40,874 bases of DNA, from assembly GCA_023334545.1 (NCBI GenBank), contig JAADVB010000172.1, positions 1 to 40,874 on the forward strand, in the 5' to 3' direction. The stretch comes from Salisapilia sapeloensis CBS 127946. Taxonomy: Eukaryota > Protista > Oomycota. A model generated the notes under the pieces. The model ran no database searches and was not told the origin of the DNA. It saw only the letters and a list, made by a program, of their open reading frames with translations. Positions 29,238 through 40,651 of the stretch are shown here, piece by piece; within the stretch, counting starts at the first letter, position 1; the number at the start of each line of letters is the position of its first letter. The translations under genes and the position numbers were made by a program.

Positions 29238-32071
29238 ACGACATTGGCTGAAGTAAAATACTTTTTTATAAAATTTTGTACAAGAAAGTTTGCTAGTTGC
29301 CACTCGTCGTCACTGGCCTTGGATTTGGCTTATGCAAGTCGAGAATCACGATTGAAATCGTTTAGGCATATAAAACATTCTTTGCAATATGTCTGCGGCC
29401 GTGGAATCAGGGGTTCATTTGATTCCAACTCAGTTCGATTGATGGCGACTTATCAAGCACTGCCATAGAGGAATGTGATGAAGTGAGTCAGGGATGTTGC
29501 TGTCATTTTGGTTTGGGCTGTAGATGTCAAATGGATTTGTACAACGATTAGAGCGAAGTAGTCGTCTGTAGCATAGTTGTAGAGAAATATGTCGCTATGA
29601 AGACTTCTTTCGATTATAATGTCAGTAACACTCATCACTTGACAAGGTAGATATGAAAGGCCCATACTTGGCATATATCTCAGCTCCAGTGCATCTTCAA
29701 TCCTGTGGGTGCAGCATCAAAGTGACAGTCAATGTGTGTCAAGATAGTCTGGTACATACTGCACCGTTTAAACCATATTAACACGACTCATCCGCATTAA
29801 AGCCCAGCCTTTCACGACAATCACAGTTGCCTTCCCAACGATTTTCCCTTGTTTCTATAGCCTGCTTTTATAGTGTCCTGGAAACGAGGTTACCAAAGGG
29901 ACATATAATCAATACGACGACATAGCGCGAATCCTGCGAGGATAGCTGTGGCAAAAAAGAATGCCAGAATAGATTGCATGGCAACCAACCACTTGAGCTT
30001 GCTCCATGTTTACTCGTGCATGAGCGCACTGACTTTAAAATATACAATTAACAATCAGGAATGTACACACGCGCTATGACATGCGGGTTCTTGCGACGTT
30101 GCTGGGTCGTAGACTTCAAGCTGCAACAGAAGATAGAATATTGAACAGTGCGACGAATGGTTCCTTACATGTAGCGCAATACGTCTCGGGCTTTTAGCAA
30201 CTATATTATTGAGCTTAGCTAAAACGCAAGCGCTCCAAAATCTAACTATAGCTTGTCAGACAGCTTCTATTGCTTGATATTGATGGGCTATGCATGAACG
30301 AAACTAACGAATATAAAATTCCTATTTCAGCGTACTGAGACAAACAGTCGATGCGGATGTTGCGTGAATATGTACCATAAAATCTATGCGCTTTATTTGA
30401 AGTTCCAGGTAATTTGGAGAGTATGGTAGCCACAAACTGCTCTAAAATCTTTCGAGCTTGCCTCTCAATCATGGGTGACTCATGAACTTTGCTTTGGTCT
30501 TGTGACCTTTCGTGCGCATCATCGTCAAGTTAGCTTCAATGCATCTTCAACAAGGCTGATTTTGATTTGGCTAGTACACCACATGAGAGCATTTTAACTC
30601 AGACGTCAGCAATGATAGACTGAAACCATTTGCTGCTACAGAGGGAATCGTCAGTCCGCAGTCAATTGTCTGTAGAGCTCCGGTAGCTTCTCTACATGCA
30701 TAAACATCTCCTCTGATGTGAAAAGGGATTTGTTTCTCTGACCGTTTTGGGTCATTTGGTGAAAGCGAAGCATTCTTCCTGTCAGGTGAGATTGTACGTT
30801 CACATTAAGCGAAAAACAACTCTAGACTGGTGAGTTTTAGCTTTTGTTTTGGATTCACGGTCTAGGATTCATGGTTAACTTCCCGAAGTCGACTCAGATA
30901 TCGTTGACAATTTAGCCTGGTGAGCAGCAAACATAATCGCAGATAATACGGACATAGACGCATGAAGATGCACCCATGAAGTTGGGTGACAAAAAGTACG
31001 AGGCTAGCAGAGTGACGTACAAAGTACTTTTGCCCTTCTATAAGTTATCGCCAATTGGGTTTTACAGAGTTCACATTCGAAATAACTGCATTTCTTTCGC
31101 GAGTAACACAGCGACAGCAAGATTACGTATTAACTAGTATGCAATGGACCATGAACACGTTCTATCAATCTTGCTTTAAACGAAAGAACTTACATGAAAA
31201 GTCATCATTGGAGCACAGAGTACAACTTATAGTTTATATTTATCGAAATGGAGACTCAGAATGCTTATACTACGACTACATTCGTGTTGATGTCGAGAAA
31301 GATCCATTAAACGAAAAGGGCAGTGGATAGCAAATTTTCTTGGATAAGAACAAAATGAATCGTAGACACACTGATCTTTGGAAATCCAGCACTTGCCGTG
31401 CTAAAATACCTTGCAAGTACTGTAATTGACGACAGCACGGTAATATATAACATTGCGTGGGAAAATGTATACACCATGACTGTCGCAACTTTGACCTTTG
31501 CTTGCTCTCTACCATTCGAACTGTACCTTAACTTCTTCTCTATTACTATCGTGTCGAATTTCATGCGTACATCGCTACCAAACTGTCAAACGTCGGCATA
31601 TATCCCGCCATGAGCAAATGGCGGCACTTAGCTCCGTGAGGAACATAATGTCTTTGATAGCAACTTCGATTATAGTCGAAATCAATGTACCATACAACAA
31701 CAACAAACAAAAAACTTCAAGTTATAGTGGATGATCATACTTGTGGTATAAATGAATCGATACCTTAGCTTGCACATCTATTCCGATGCTACATAGTGCT
31801 TTTATGACATTCACGCTTTTACGGAAAGGTAATGTAGCCTACCTTTACATTTAGGGGTGAGCTAAGATAGGACATCCAGTCAAGATCACTTATTTAAAAT
31901 AACTACTATGCCAATCATTCGACCAAATACGAGTATCTACACAAACGTTCGACTCGATGTGAGCGTAACAGTTGCTGAAGTCATACCTGTACTCGAATCA
32001 TAACGACAAAGTGCTTTGATGTTTTATTTTGTTATATTTATAAATATAATTTTTACGCCACTTAAATATGT

Positions 32072-32143
32072 GCGCGAGTAGCTCAGTGGTAGAGCATTCG
32101 ATTGCAGCTCGAAGGGTCACTGGTTCAAATCCGGTCTCGCGCT
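32072..32143 (+). tRNA. trnC-GCA: tRNA-Cys (anticodon GCA)
   Basis: GCGCGAG/CTCGCGC acceptor stem, U73 discriminator, A-box TAGCTCAGTGG, anticodon arm TTCGA-TTGCAGC-TCGAA, B-box GGTTCAAATCC, T5 terminator. Confidence 0.95.
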
Positions 32144-32689
32144 TACTTTTTCGCTTTCATTTTTTCCAATTACAAATGCACTTTGGAAGTCGGTGTAACA
32201 TGTGTCTAGCGGATGATACTCAAAAGCAAGTTTTTTTCTACAAGAGATGAGCTGAACCATGGGAGCCGATTATAAATTTACTTGTAAAAGCTCCACTTTT
32301 CATAGAGCCACAAATTTTGGATCGCTATCATGCCATCAATGTTGATTTATGGTTTAACTTGAACTTATCGGGAAAGATATGAGCCATCGCGATACCACAC
32401 GAATCAAGTAGCATTAGTTCAAGGCTGTAGGTGATCTCCTGACGTCGTGCTTTCACTCTACGTACTTATTGGAATCGACGTTAAATTTGCATCTCGTATG
32501 TATTTTCTAGTGCCTTACATGCAAAAGTAATAAAGCAGTTCTACATTTCCAATCAGAGGCTTGCAGCAGTATAAGTTATGACGCAACAGTTTCAGCAAAG
32601 AGTATAATCAGTTTTCAAGGTCAACAGAAAATTGCTACATTCGTAAGAACTTTATATTTATATTTTATAAATATCCTTTCGAACTTCAA

Positions 32690-32762
32690 GTCCTTGTGGC
32701 CTAATGGATAAGGCATCGCCCTCCGAAGGCGGGGATTGAGGGTTCGAGTCCCTTCAAGGACG
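32690..32762 (+). tRNA. trnR-CCG: tRNA-Arg (anticodon CCG)
   Basis: GTCCTTG/CAAGGAC acceptor stem, A-box TGGCCTAATGG, anticodon arm TCGCC-CTCCGAA-GGCGG, B-box GGTTCGAGTCC, T5 terminator. Confidence 0.95.
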
Positions 32763-32763
32763 A

Positions 32764-32789
32764 TTTTTCTTTTCTTTTCTTTTCTTTTT
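32764..32789 (+). repeat. (TTTTC)n microsatellite overlapping the Pol III terminator of tRNA-Arg
   Basis: tttttcttttcttttcttttcttttt read directly. Confidence 0.7.
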
Positions 32790-33210
32790 GCAGTGTATGC
32801 TAGCAGCTCCGAATAATCCACAGCCTGGGTTGCTGCGGCGAGGATTTGGTGAAACCCTACGCTGCTGGTAGATTGTACTATCCACTGAAACCCCTCCATT
32901 ATGAACCTGATTCATGTAAACTTGGGGCACGACCTACCCCATCTCTTCATACAAAAAGTGTCGTAATAGGTCACGCAAAACTTTGATATGCTTAGTAAAA
33001 CCATTTTTACGTCCAATGCCTACGCTTGCCCTGTCTGGAAGCTGACGAGAAAAATCTGTATGGATGATAACGGGCACACACCTGATCACCGTCACGATTT
33101 TACTTTCCACGTGGTAAGCTATGGCTTCCAAGTGTACGGTTTGTAAAAGATCATCAGCGCCTTCTTCAATGTGAGCGCAGCCAGCTCGCACTAGCGTTCA
33201 TTTCCGAAAA

Positions 33211-36148
33211 ATGCCGCCGCCGCTAACTGCTATCCTATTCGTGTTGGTGGCTTCTGTCACTTCTGCCCAACGGTGTTTCCCTGACGGCTTCCTCTTCGGT
33301 TCCGCAACGGCCGCTTATCAGGTCGAAGGAGCATGGAATGAAGGTTTGTTTTATTTTGTTTGCATTGGAGTCGAGTTTCTTACGATCTTGTAATCATGAA
33401 GGTGGTCGAGGTATGAGTATTTGGGACGTGAAGTGCCGAAATGATGATACGGTCGAATGTGCCAACGTCGCGGACGATTTCTATCATCGATACCACGATG
33501 ACATTGGGTTAATGAAAGATCTGAACTTGGGAACCTTCCGGTTCTCCGTCTCATGGCCGAGAGTCATGACCTGGAATGCCGAGACGCAGCAAATGGTCCC
33601 GAATGTCGAAGGACTGACGTTCTATCATGCACTCATCGACGACCTCATTGGCAACAACATCATTCCCGTCCTGACCATGTACCACTGGGACCTACCAGAG
33701 GAGCTGAACGAGCTGAGTCCTCCCGGATGGCTCAACGATGGTATCATCGACCACTTCAATGCCTTCGCAGAGCTCTTGTACACTGAATATGGCTCCAAAG
33801 TACCCTACTGGTCTACCTTCAATGAGCCGAGTACCTTCCTCGGCCAAATGTACTCGGACGGCGCGGTTGACAAGTACACTGCTGCCCACAACGTCTTACG
33901 TTCCCATGCCAAGGCAGTGCAATCTTTCCGTGCCTTCCAACAAGAGGGTGTGGTATCAAGTAACGCACGTATTTCCATCGTCCTGAACCAAGACTTTATC
34001 TTGCCACTTGATGAGAACAGTCCAGAGGATGTTGAAGCTGCGGAAGACGCAAATCAGTTCGGACTTGGATGGTACCTCCAACCGATCGTTAGTGGAGAAT
34101 ATCCAACCGTCATGCGTGAGCGTGTCGGGGATCGTCTACCGACGTTCACGGACGAAGAGAAGGAGATGATTGCCGGATCTTACGATCTATTCATGCTCAA
34201 CCACTACGGAGCGAAGCAGGCGACGTACTGCTGGACTGAGCGGTCGACTGTCAATTGTAACGATCTCCCGCCAGGCAATTCTGCTGATTTGGGTGTGGAT
34301 GGATCGCATGTTGTCCCAGGCTCCATCTACTCTGCCACCAATGCACAAGGACAACCTAGCTGCGGCTGGTTCACTGGCTACCCTCCGGCATACTTACTAC
34401 TTCTCAAGTGGATGAACAACTTTGATACGAGTGCCGACATCTTGTTGACCGAGAACGGATTCTGTGGAAACCTAGAAATTGAGTCGCAAGAACAGCTTAA
34501 CTACTATCAGCTCTTTGTCGAACAAGTATACAAGGCAGTGGTGGAAGAGAAGCTTCCGATCATCGGCTACACGGCCTGGTCGCTACTTGACAACTATGAG
34601 TGGGGATCGTTTGAACCGAGGTTTGGACTCTACTACGTTCAGTACGTGGATCAGACGGGAAGCGTCGAAGGGTATACGCCAACGCCGCAGGATCTCGCGA
34701 GAACACCACGCACGGCTGCTAAGTGGTATGGAGCTCTTGCTGGCACTGGATGCTTGGATGATGCGGATACTGCTGTCGGTCAAGGTGGTGCCAAGTCTGG
34801 TAACTTTGAAGAAGAAGGCAGCAACGGGTCTTTCGTTGATGACAGTGAGTCGAATGCTGGTTCCACTGGAGATGGGACATTGGATATGGGAAGTACTGGC
34901 AGCATGCTGCCGGATACAAGTGGAAGCGTTGTAAGCAGTGCTGACGATGCTGATATACCCTCCGATGCTCCCTCTGATAATGGATGGACGGCTAACCAGA
35001 GTACTACTACCAGCGGCAACGGTGAAGACGCTGGCAGCGGAAACGACATACCGTCGGATGCTCCTTCCTCTTCCGAAGGTTGGATGAGCGGCGAGAGTGG
35101 AAGCAGTGAGGACACTACCAATGGAAAAAATATGTCTTCGGATGCTCCAGCGTCCTCGGACGGATGGATGAGTGGCGAGAGTGAAAATGGTGCGGACACT
35201 ACTAGTGAATATGAGATGCCTTCGGATGCTCCTTCCTCTTCTGAAGGATGGATGAACAGCGAGAGTAGCAACGACGAAGATGCCAATGGTGGAGAGGACA
35301 TGGCGTCTGCTACTACATCCCCTGCTGATGGATGGTCATCTGGCGGAGATAACCCAGCAAACATGCCGACAGAGACTCCTACTTCGGACAATGCTAGTGC
35401 GGGTAGTGACTTCTCTGGAAACGCAGCATCCGATACTCCTATCTTCGTTGGAAACAGTGCAAGTGATGAAGAAGGCTTGAGTGCCATCACAGATGACACT
35501 CCTGCCTCCACCCCTGCATCGACACCAGCCTCTACTCCTGCTTCGACTGCTAAGACTACATCGATGCCGTCCGATGGCAGTTGCTATGAAGTCAGTGTGG
35601 AGCAAGATGCAACGTACTGCATTGATGGTCCGATCTGCAGTGGTTCTGGCGCGGAACCGGAAGGCTGGAACTGTCCGACGCAAGGAGCGTCGGCAGTGGC
35701 AGACTGCCACGACCACCTTCCGAGTGCTGCCAATGAAGGATCGTGCATTCTTCCGGCTGATTCCGAGTGTAAACTCATCGATTCTGGTGTCTGGGGCTGC
35801 ACGCTTCCTGGTAATAACCTTGGAGCTCCAAATGTAAATGTTGGCGAAAGTGACAACACGAATGGGGATGATGCCATGAGTGCCGACACGAATATTGGAG
35901 GCAGTGCATACATGAGCGGAAGTACTTCTACGAGCAGTGAAAAGGTTGGAAGCGAAACGAACATGGCTACAACCAATACGGGGACGTCGACTGGAAGCGC
36001 TGGAGCATCCGTCGGCGCGATTGCTGCGATCGCCGCAGTGATTGGCGTTGTCTGCATTGCCGTCGGAACAGTGTTGTACAAGAAGCACAAGAAGTCCTCG
36101 GCACAAACGAATGACGTACTATCGGCGGATATGATTGAGACGCCGTAA
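33211..36148 (+). CDS. Glycoside hydrolase family 1 (beta-glucosidase-like) with acidic repeat linker, 8-Cys module and C-terminal TM helix; 2 exons (33211-33343, 33402-36148)
   Basis: Signal-like MPPPLTAILFVLVASVTSA; FLFGSATAAYQVEGAWNEG|GRGMSIWD across a 58-nt GT-AG intron; TFNEP (acid/base Glu 33824-33826); LLTENG (nucleophile Glu 34451-34453); WSLLDNYEW; TM ~36011-36079 followed by KKHKK. Confidence 0.92.
35042..35347 (+). repeat. Coding tandem repeat, 84-bp/28-aa unit x3 plus partial
   Basis: NDIPSDAPSSSEGWMSGESGSSEDTTNG / KNMSSDAPASSDGWMSGESENGADTTSE / YEMPSDAPSSSEGWMNSESSNDEDANGG / EDMASATTSPADGWSSGG. Confidence 0.9.
35498..35545 (+). repeat. Coding (TPAS)x4 repeat, mucin-like
   Basis: Four 12-bp units with synonymous variation. 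Confidence 0.85.
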
Positions 36149-37146
36149 TTTTCGTTCTTGGTATTCGACCAATCTCTTACGGTGCAGAACGTGCCTTGTT
36201 GCTGTGCGGAGGAAAGCATTGAGGCTGATGATTTTTGCCTTCTTACTTGAAATAAAGAGAAGTTATTTGGCTCCATACACTTATCTTTGAGATATTATCG
36301 CTATATCTACACACATGTTCATGTAGGTATTGAGTAGGCATTTGCTTCTCGCTGCACACTGGCACCATGCATGTAGGTAGAATATTCGAAACAAGCTCTG
36401 GATGGACTATGAAAGCTTCAACTTACGATGAATACAAATCATGTACGCATACGAATTTAAATGCTGCTACCGACTAATGTGTAGAGGAGATGATCAGGTT
36501 CAAAGTATCTTTGAGATTTGGTCCATTACGTTATAACAGTACATGAGTATAGACCAATATCTACACACACTTGATTGTACTAGCAGATACCACAATTAAC
36601 AATCACGACTAGTCGTGCACGACAATGAGAACACCAGGACCATCGAGGCAACTTTAGGAGATAGTCAGTACCGGTAGACGAACGACTTTTTCGTGTTCAT
36701 AAGCTTGAAGCTACGTTGAACGCAAACTCGCTCTGTGCGACAAGTGAGTACTCGACTTTACTCGTACCTCTCCATCCATTCACTACTAACCTAATGCACA
36801 CATACATTGCAGTAACATACACGATCCAATGGCAATATCACTAGTATCCATTCCATACTAAAAGTACTTGCTCTCGTCCAACCAAGCAACTCGTGTACCG
36901 TTAGCTCAAGTCGATGTACCCAACAACAGCTGTGGCATAAGTGTAGCCATTCCTATCGTCTTGAAAAGAAAGTGGCACTTGAATCGGTTTCTCTAACGGC
37001 CAGTGGCACGTCAAGTGATGATCGGTCGATTGTAAGGACTATTTCCTCTCGACCACGAAAGCCACAAGATGGAAGAGAGCATGTCGTCGCTCACGAATGG
37101 GCTCGTGAGTCCCTTCAAGTGGGCAAAAGATGTCGTGACTGGGTAA

Positions 37147-40100
37147 ATGTGCCTCCTTCCTTCCTCCTCTAGCCGTTTCACTAAAATAGCTCATGCACGA
37201 TTTGCTAGTACGAATGCCGAATACTGGGAGACTACGAATGTGAATGACGGGAATCGCAACAATGATACATTCTATGGATCACTCATGCGTACACCGACGT
37301 TCGATAGCGTCGGAATCAACTTTAATATCGGCATGCAGTCCGAGAAGAAGCACAGCCGGAGGCGGATTCGACCAAGCTTTTTAGCCAATTTAGACATATC
37401 CGTTCGTGTTGGTGTTGCCACCGTCTTGTCCTCCATCATTCAGATGAGGAAAGATCCGTACCACGAGATCGATCCCACTTCGCGTATTCAGCAGTGGTAC
37501 TTCTTCCCAGATTGGTACTACTTGGGTGGTCTCAGCTACTGCGCTGTGGCCATCATCTTTGCTGTCTGCGAGAACTTTGGTGGCACGCTCGCAGAAGTCT
37601 GTCACGCGTTCTTTGGTGTCGGGTTCTCCCTCCTGTACAATATCTTTCTCTTCCGAGTGATTAACGTCGAGCTATATGATCCGAACCAACCGGATCCACA
37701 CGAGGACTACTATCGAGTCGAACGTACGATCACTGGAAATTCTTACTGGGTGAACCAGAGCAACTTTTTCTACGTCCTCCCATGGGTCGTCCTTTTCGTC
37801 ATCCTCGTCGTCGTCCTGCCTCTCCATGCCAGTACGAAGAAGTTCGCGCTAGCCTACGACCTCTTCTTCGCCTTAACCGTTCTCAATCCTTCGGATCCGT
37901 TAAATGGAGATCAGCTCAAGAAAGAAGGCGACTGGTACTTTCACACAGACAACATCCTGCACAACCTCGAGCTCTACTTTGTCGTCGGGGCCGTCGGTTG
38001 GGCACTCTCTCTTCTCATCATGCTCCTTCCTTACCCTCTTTTTGCCATCACAAGCTTGCGTCAGCAGATCGAAGAAGGCTCGTATGAAGTCGTGTCGATT
38101 CTAAACCTCATTGTCGATGCTTACTGCTTTCAACACAAGAGCGGTGCAGCCGTTAAGATCCTCGCTGGAAAGTTAGACCGGATGTTCAAAAGCGCGACGG
38201 CTCGAGAGCAACGTATGAAGCAATTGGTGGATGATGTCTGGTGGGAACAAATCATTGGTCTCAACTACATCCTCAAGTTTAATCAGTCGATGCTCCAAAG
38301 CTACTTGCATCTGTTGTCCACCCTCCTATCCGACCTTCGGTCTCTCTACTTTGCCATGGAACTAGAAACATATAACGGTTTGCATACGAGGTACATGAAG
38401 TCTTTACAGAAGGATCTACACTTGTTACAGCGATACTCGGAAGACAGCTTGCGAGAGATATCGAGTAGTGTCAGTGACTGTGCCTTGACACTTGATCTAA
38501 AGTCCGTGCGAGACTTGACTAAGCACATGGAACGCACGTTGAAACACTTTCGACGGACGAATGATCGTATCCTAGGTGATGAAAACCTGTTCACGAAAGA
38601 CGTCGAGAGCAATTTAGGTCTCAATCTGTTCCTCTTTTCCCTCAATTCCTTCGCAGCATCTCTCACGAGTTTCCAAGACAAGCACAACGCGTCTGACTAT
38701 ACCGTTGAAGGGCGTCTCCAACAGTTCATGCACAGTGCATTTGCTGAATTCACAGACGCGAACCACTACGATAGGCTGCATCTTGTGTCTGCTTTGAAAC
38801 TTACCGTCGCGATATGTGGTGGCATCTTCCTTGCCGTCTACGTCTTCTACTTTGACAGCACAACGCCTGCTGTCGTGGCGTACGTTATGGGCAATCATAT
38901 CGGTGGTGCCTTTAGCGTGACGGTGAATCGAGTGGGTGGCGTCGTGGCTGGATGTGTCATTCCATCCATCCTTCAGTTTTTCATCGCACAGATCTGTTAC
39001 CCTAGGTACTTGAACGACATCTTGATGAACATAGTCCTCTTCGTCTGGGTCACCGCTTCCATGTACGTTCGCTTCTCGAGCGACTACTGGTGGTACGGAG
39101 GTCTTGTCTCGGCCTATGTGGCTGCGATTATCTTCTTAAAGCAGACAGACGTGTGTCTCCCAGGAGGCACGGACAGTCTGGCAGACATCTCTTCTTCGTC
39201 TTACTCTTCCTTAGCTCAGAACTCAGTCGGCATTTTATTATTCATCCTCATGGAACTACTTGTCTTTCCTGAAAGCTCCATGAGTCTTCTCCATAAGAAC
39301 ATCCAACGGACGTTCACGCTCTTACGAGATAGCTTCGACGTCTTATTCACGCACCACTTATCTACTTCCGGAGAGATGAAGCAGGACGATTTGGAAGAAG
39401 TAAGAGAGACGTTGCAGATGACAATGCCAGCACTCTTGGCTGAACAAAAGAGTTTAATCCAGGAAGCAGCGGCGGAACCAGCGCTGTGGAAAGCTGATTT
39501 TTCCAAGGAAAAGTATGAACAGGTCAACGACATGTGCCAACGTCTTTTGAACAATGATAATCTGCTTTATAAGCTCATGCGGTGGTACTCGAAGCGACTG
39601 GAACAGCACAAGATCGACCAGCTAAAGACAGAGGACATTCGAGATCTCCATTGGTCCTTCACGGACGATGAGATTAAGCGGGCAGTCAAGTGGCGGGAGA
39701 CGAGCCAACGGTTCCTAGGATCCGTCAGCGATGCGTTTAATGACTTGAATAGTGTCTTTAGCGAAGACTTTTTATACGCAGAAGCAGATCAGATCGCGGT
39801 GTTTATGCAGATGAAGGAAGCGTTTCGACTTGCAGATAAGAATTGTAGTGGGTCAATTGAAAAGGACGAAGTTGAGAACATGCTGCGGAATATCATGTCT
39901 GTGGTTTCGCAAACTGGAGCAGTCAAAGACGAGCAGGTTGCGGATTACGTCGACAAGTTCATGTCTGTCGTGGATAGAGACAATGACGGACAAGTGTCTT
40001 TAGCCGAGTTCATGAGTGCTCTCGAAGACGGATTGCAATTTGAAACGTCCATCTATCAGCTCGCGACACCCAAGACGTTTATACTCACGGACACTGCCGA

Positions 40101-40530
40101 GACGGAGACTGAACCGGACATCTTGGATATATTGAACACACCGAATCCACCGCTGACTCCAGTGGTGGAGGAAGAACCATGGAATGGAGAGATCACGATG
40201 TCACGACAGCTACCACCTCCAACGAGCGGCGAGACGGACTTTATACGAACACCACGATTCCTCTCGCTGCTTTCACCTTATGCTCGATCAGAGACTACTG
40301 ATCTGGAGACGTCGATGCGTCGTCAGCACGAACTACTGAACATGGTAGACTTTTCACTCAAGGAGTATGCGGGTGAAATGCGATCAGCATTCGTCGAGTG
40401 GATGATGGAAGACAATCGGTTCCAGCAAGTGGCAATGGAGGAGCTTATCCTCTTGACGTGTCTTGTGAGTGGAGCCGAAGGGATTTCCCGACAATTGACA
40501 GAGCTCCAAGAGACGGTCTTTTTTGGATAG
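37147..40530 (+). CDS. FUSC/ALMT (aromatic-acid-exporter)-like membrane protein with duplicated membrane modules and an EF-hand pair
   Basis: Two hydrophobic modules (SVRVGVATVL...; SALKLTVAICGG...GGAFSVTVNRVGGVVAG) separated by a helical region. EF loops DKNCSGSIEKDE (from 39835) and DRDNDGQVSLAE (from 39973). True start may be a downstream Met. Confidence 0.75.
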   Translation: MCLLPSSSSRFTKIAHARFASTNAEYWETTNVNDGNRNNDTFYGSLMRTPTFDSVGINFNIGMQSEKKHSRRRIRPSFLANLDISVRVGVATVLSSIIQMRKDPYHEIDPTSRIQQWYFFPDWYYLGGLSYCAVAIIFAVCENFGGTLAEVCHAFFGVGFSLLYNIFLFRVINVELYDPNQPDPHEDYYRVERTITGNSYWVNQSNFFYVLPWVVLFVILVVVLPLHASTKKFALAYDLFFALTVLNPSDPLNGDQLKKEGDWYFHTDNILHNLELYFVVGAVGWALSLLIMLLPYPLFAITSLRQQIEEGSYEVVSILNLIVDAYCFQHKSGAAVKILAGKLDRMFKSATAREQRMKQLVDDVWWEQIIGLNYILKFNQSMLQSYLHLLSTLLSDLRSLYFAMELETYNGLHTRYMKSLQKDLHLLQRYSEDSLREISSSVSDCALTLDLKSVRDLTKHMERTLKHFRRTNDRILGDENLFTKDVESNLGLNLFLFSLNSFAASLTSFQDKHNASDYTVEGRLQQFMHSAFAEFTDANHYDRLHLVSALKLTVAICGGIFLAVYVFYFDSTTPAVVAYVMGNHIGGAFSVTVNRVGGVVAGCVIPSILQFFIAQICYPRYLNDILMNIVLFVWVTASMYVRFSSDYWWYGGLVSAYVAAIIFLKQTDVCLPGGTDSLADISSSSYSSLAQNSVGILLFILMELLVFPESSMSLLHKNIQRTFTLLRDSFDVLFTHHLSTSGEMKQDDLEEVRETLQMTMPALLAEQKSLIQEAAAEPALWKADFSKEKYEQVNDMCQRLLNNDNLLYKLMRWYSKRLEQHKIDQLKTEDIRDLHWSFTDDEIKRAVKWRETSQRFLGSVSDAFNDLNSVFSEDFLYAEADQIAVFMQMKEAFRLADKNCSGSIEKDEVENMLRNIMSVVSQTGAVKDEQVADYVDKFMSVVDRDNDGQVSLAEFMSALEDGLQFETSIYQLATPKTFILTDTAETETEPDILDILNTPNPPLTPVVEEEPWNGEITMSRQLPPPTSGETDFIRTPRFLSLLSPYARSETTDLETSMRRQHELLNMVDFSLKEYAGEMRSAFVEWMMEDNRFQQVAMEELILLTCLVSGAEGISRQLTELQETVFFG

Positions 40531-40651
40531 AGATAGAAGGGAGGAATAGCGTCGCAAGTACATCTATAGGGTAGTATTTGCACGAATATGACTCGAGTAC
40601 AGGTATTCATATAAACTGTGTTATTGGCTTTACATCTACCTACGGTAGTTT

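Noticed and set aside
29472-29600. GTGATGA box-C-like motif suggesting a C/D snoRNA
   Set aside because: No box D (CTGA) at a plausible distance and no terminal stem.
32068-32899. ORF-track entries at 32068-32250, 32621-32899 and also 28866-29234/28961-29218
   Set aside because: They are translations of tRNA genes and their flanks.
34780-36276. Minus-strand ORFs (243, 256, 230 aa) opposite the GH1 linker
   Set aside because: Shadow ORFs of low-complexity coding sequence.
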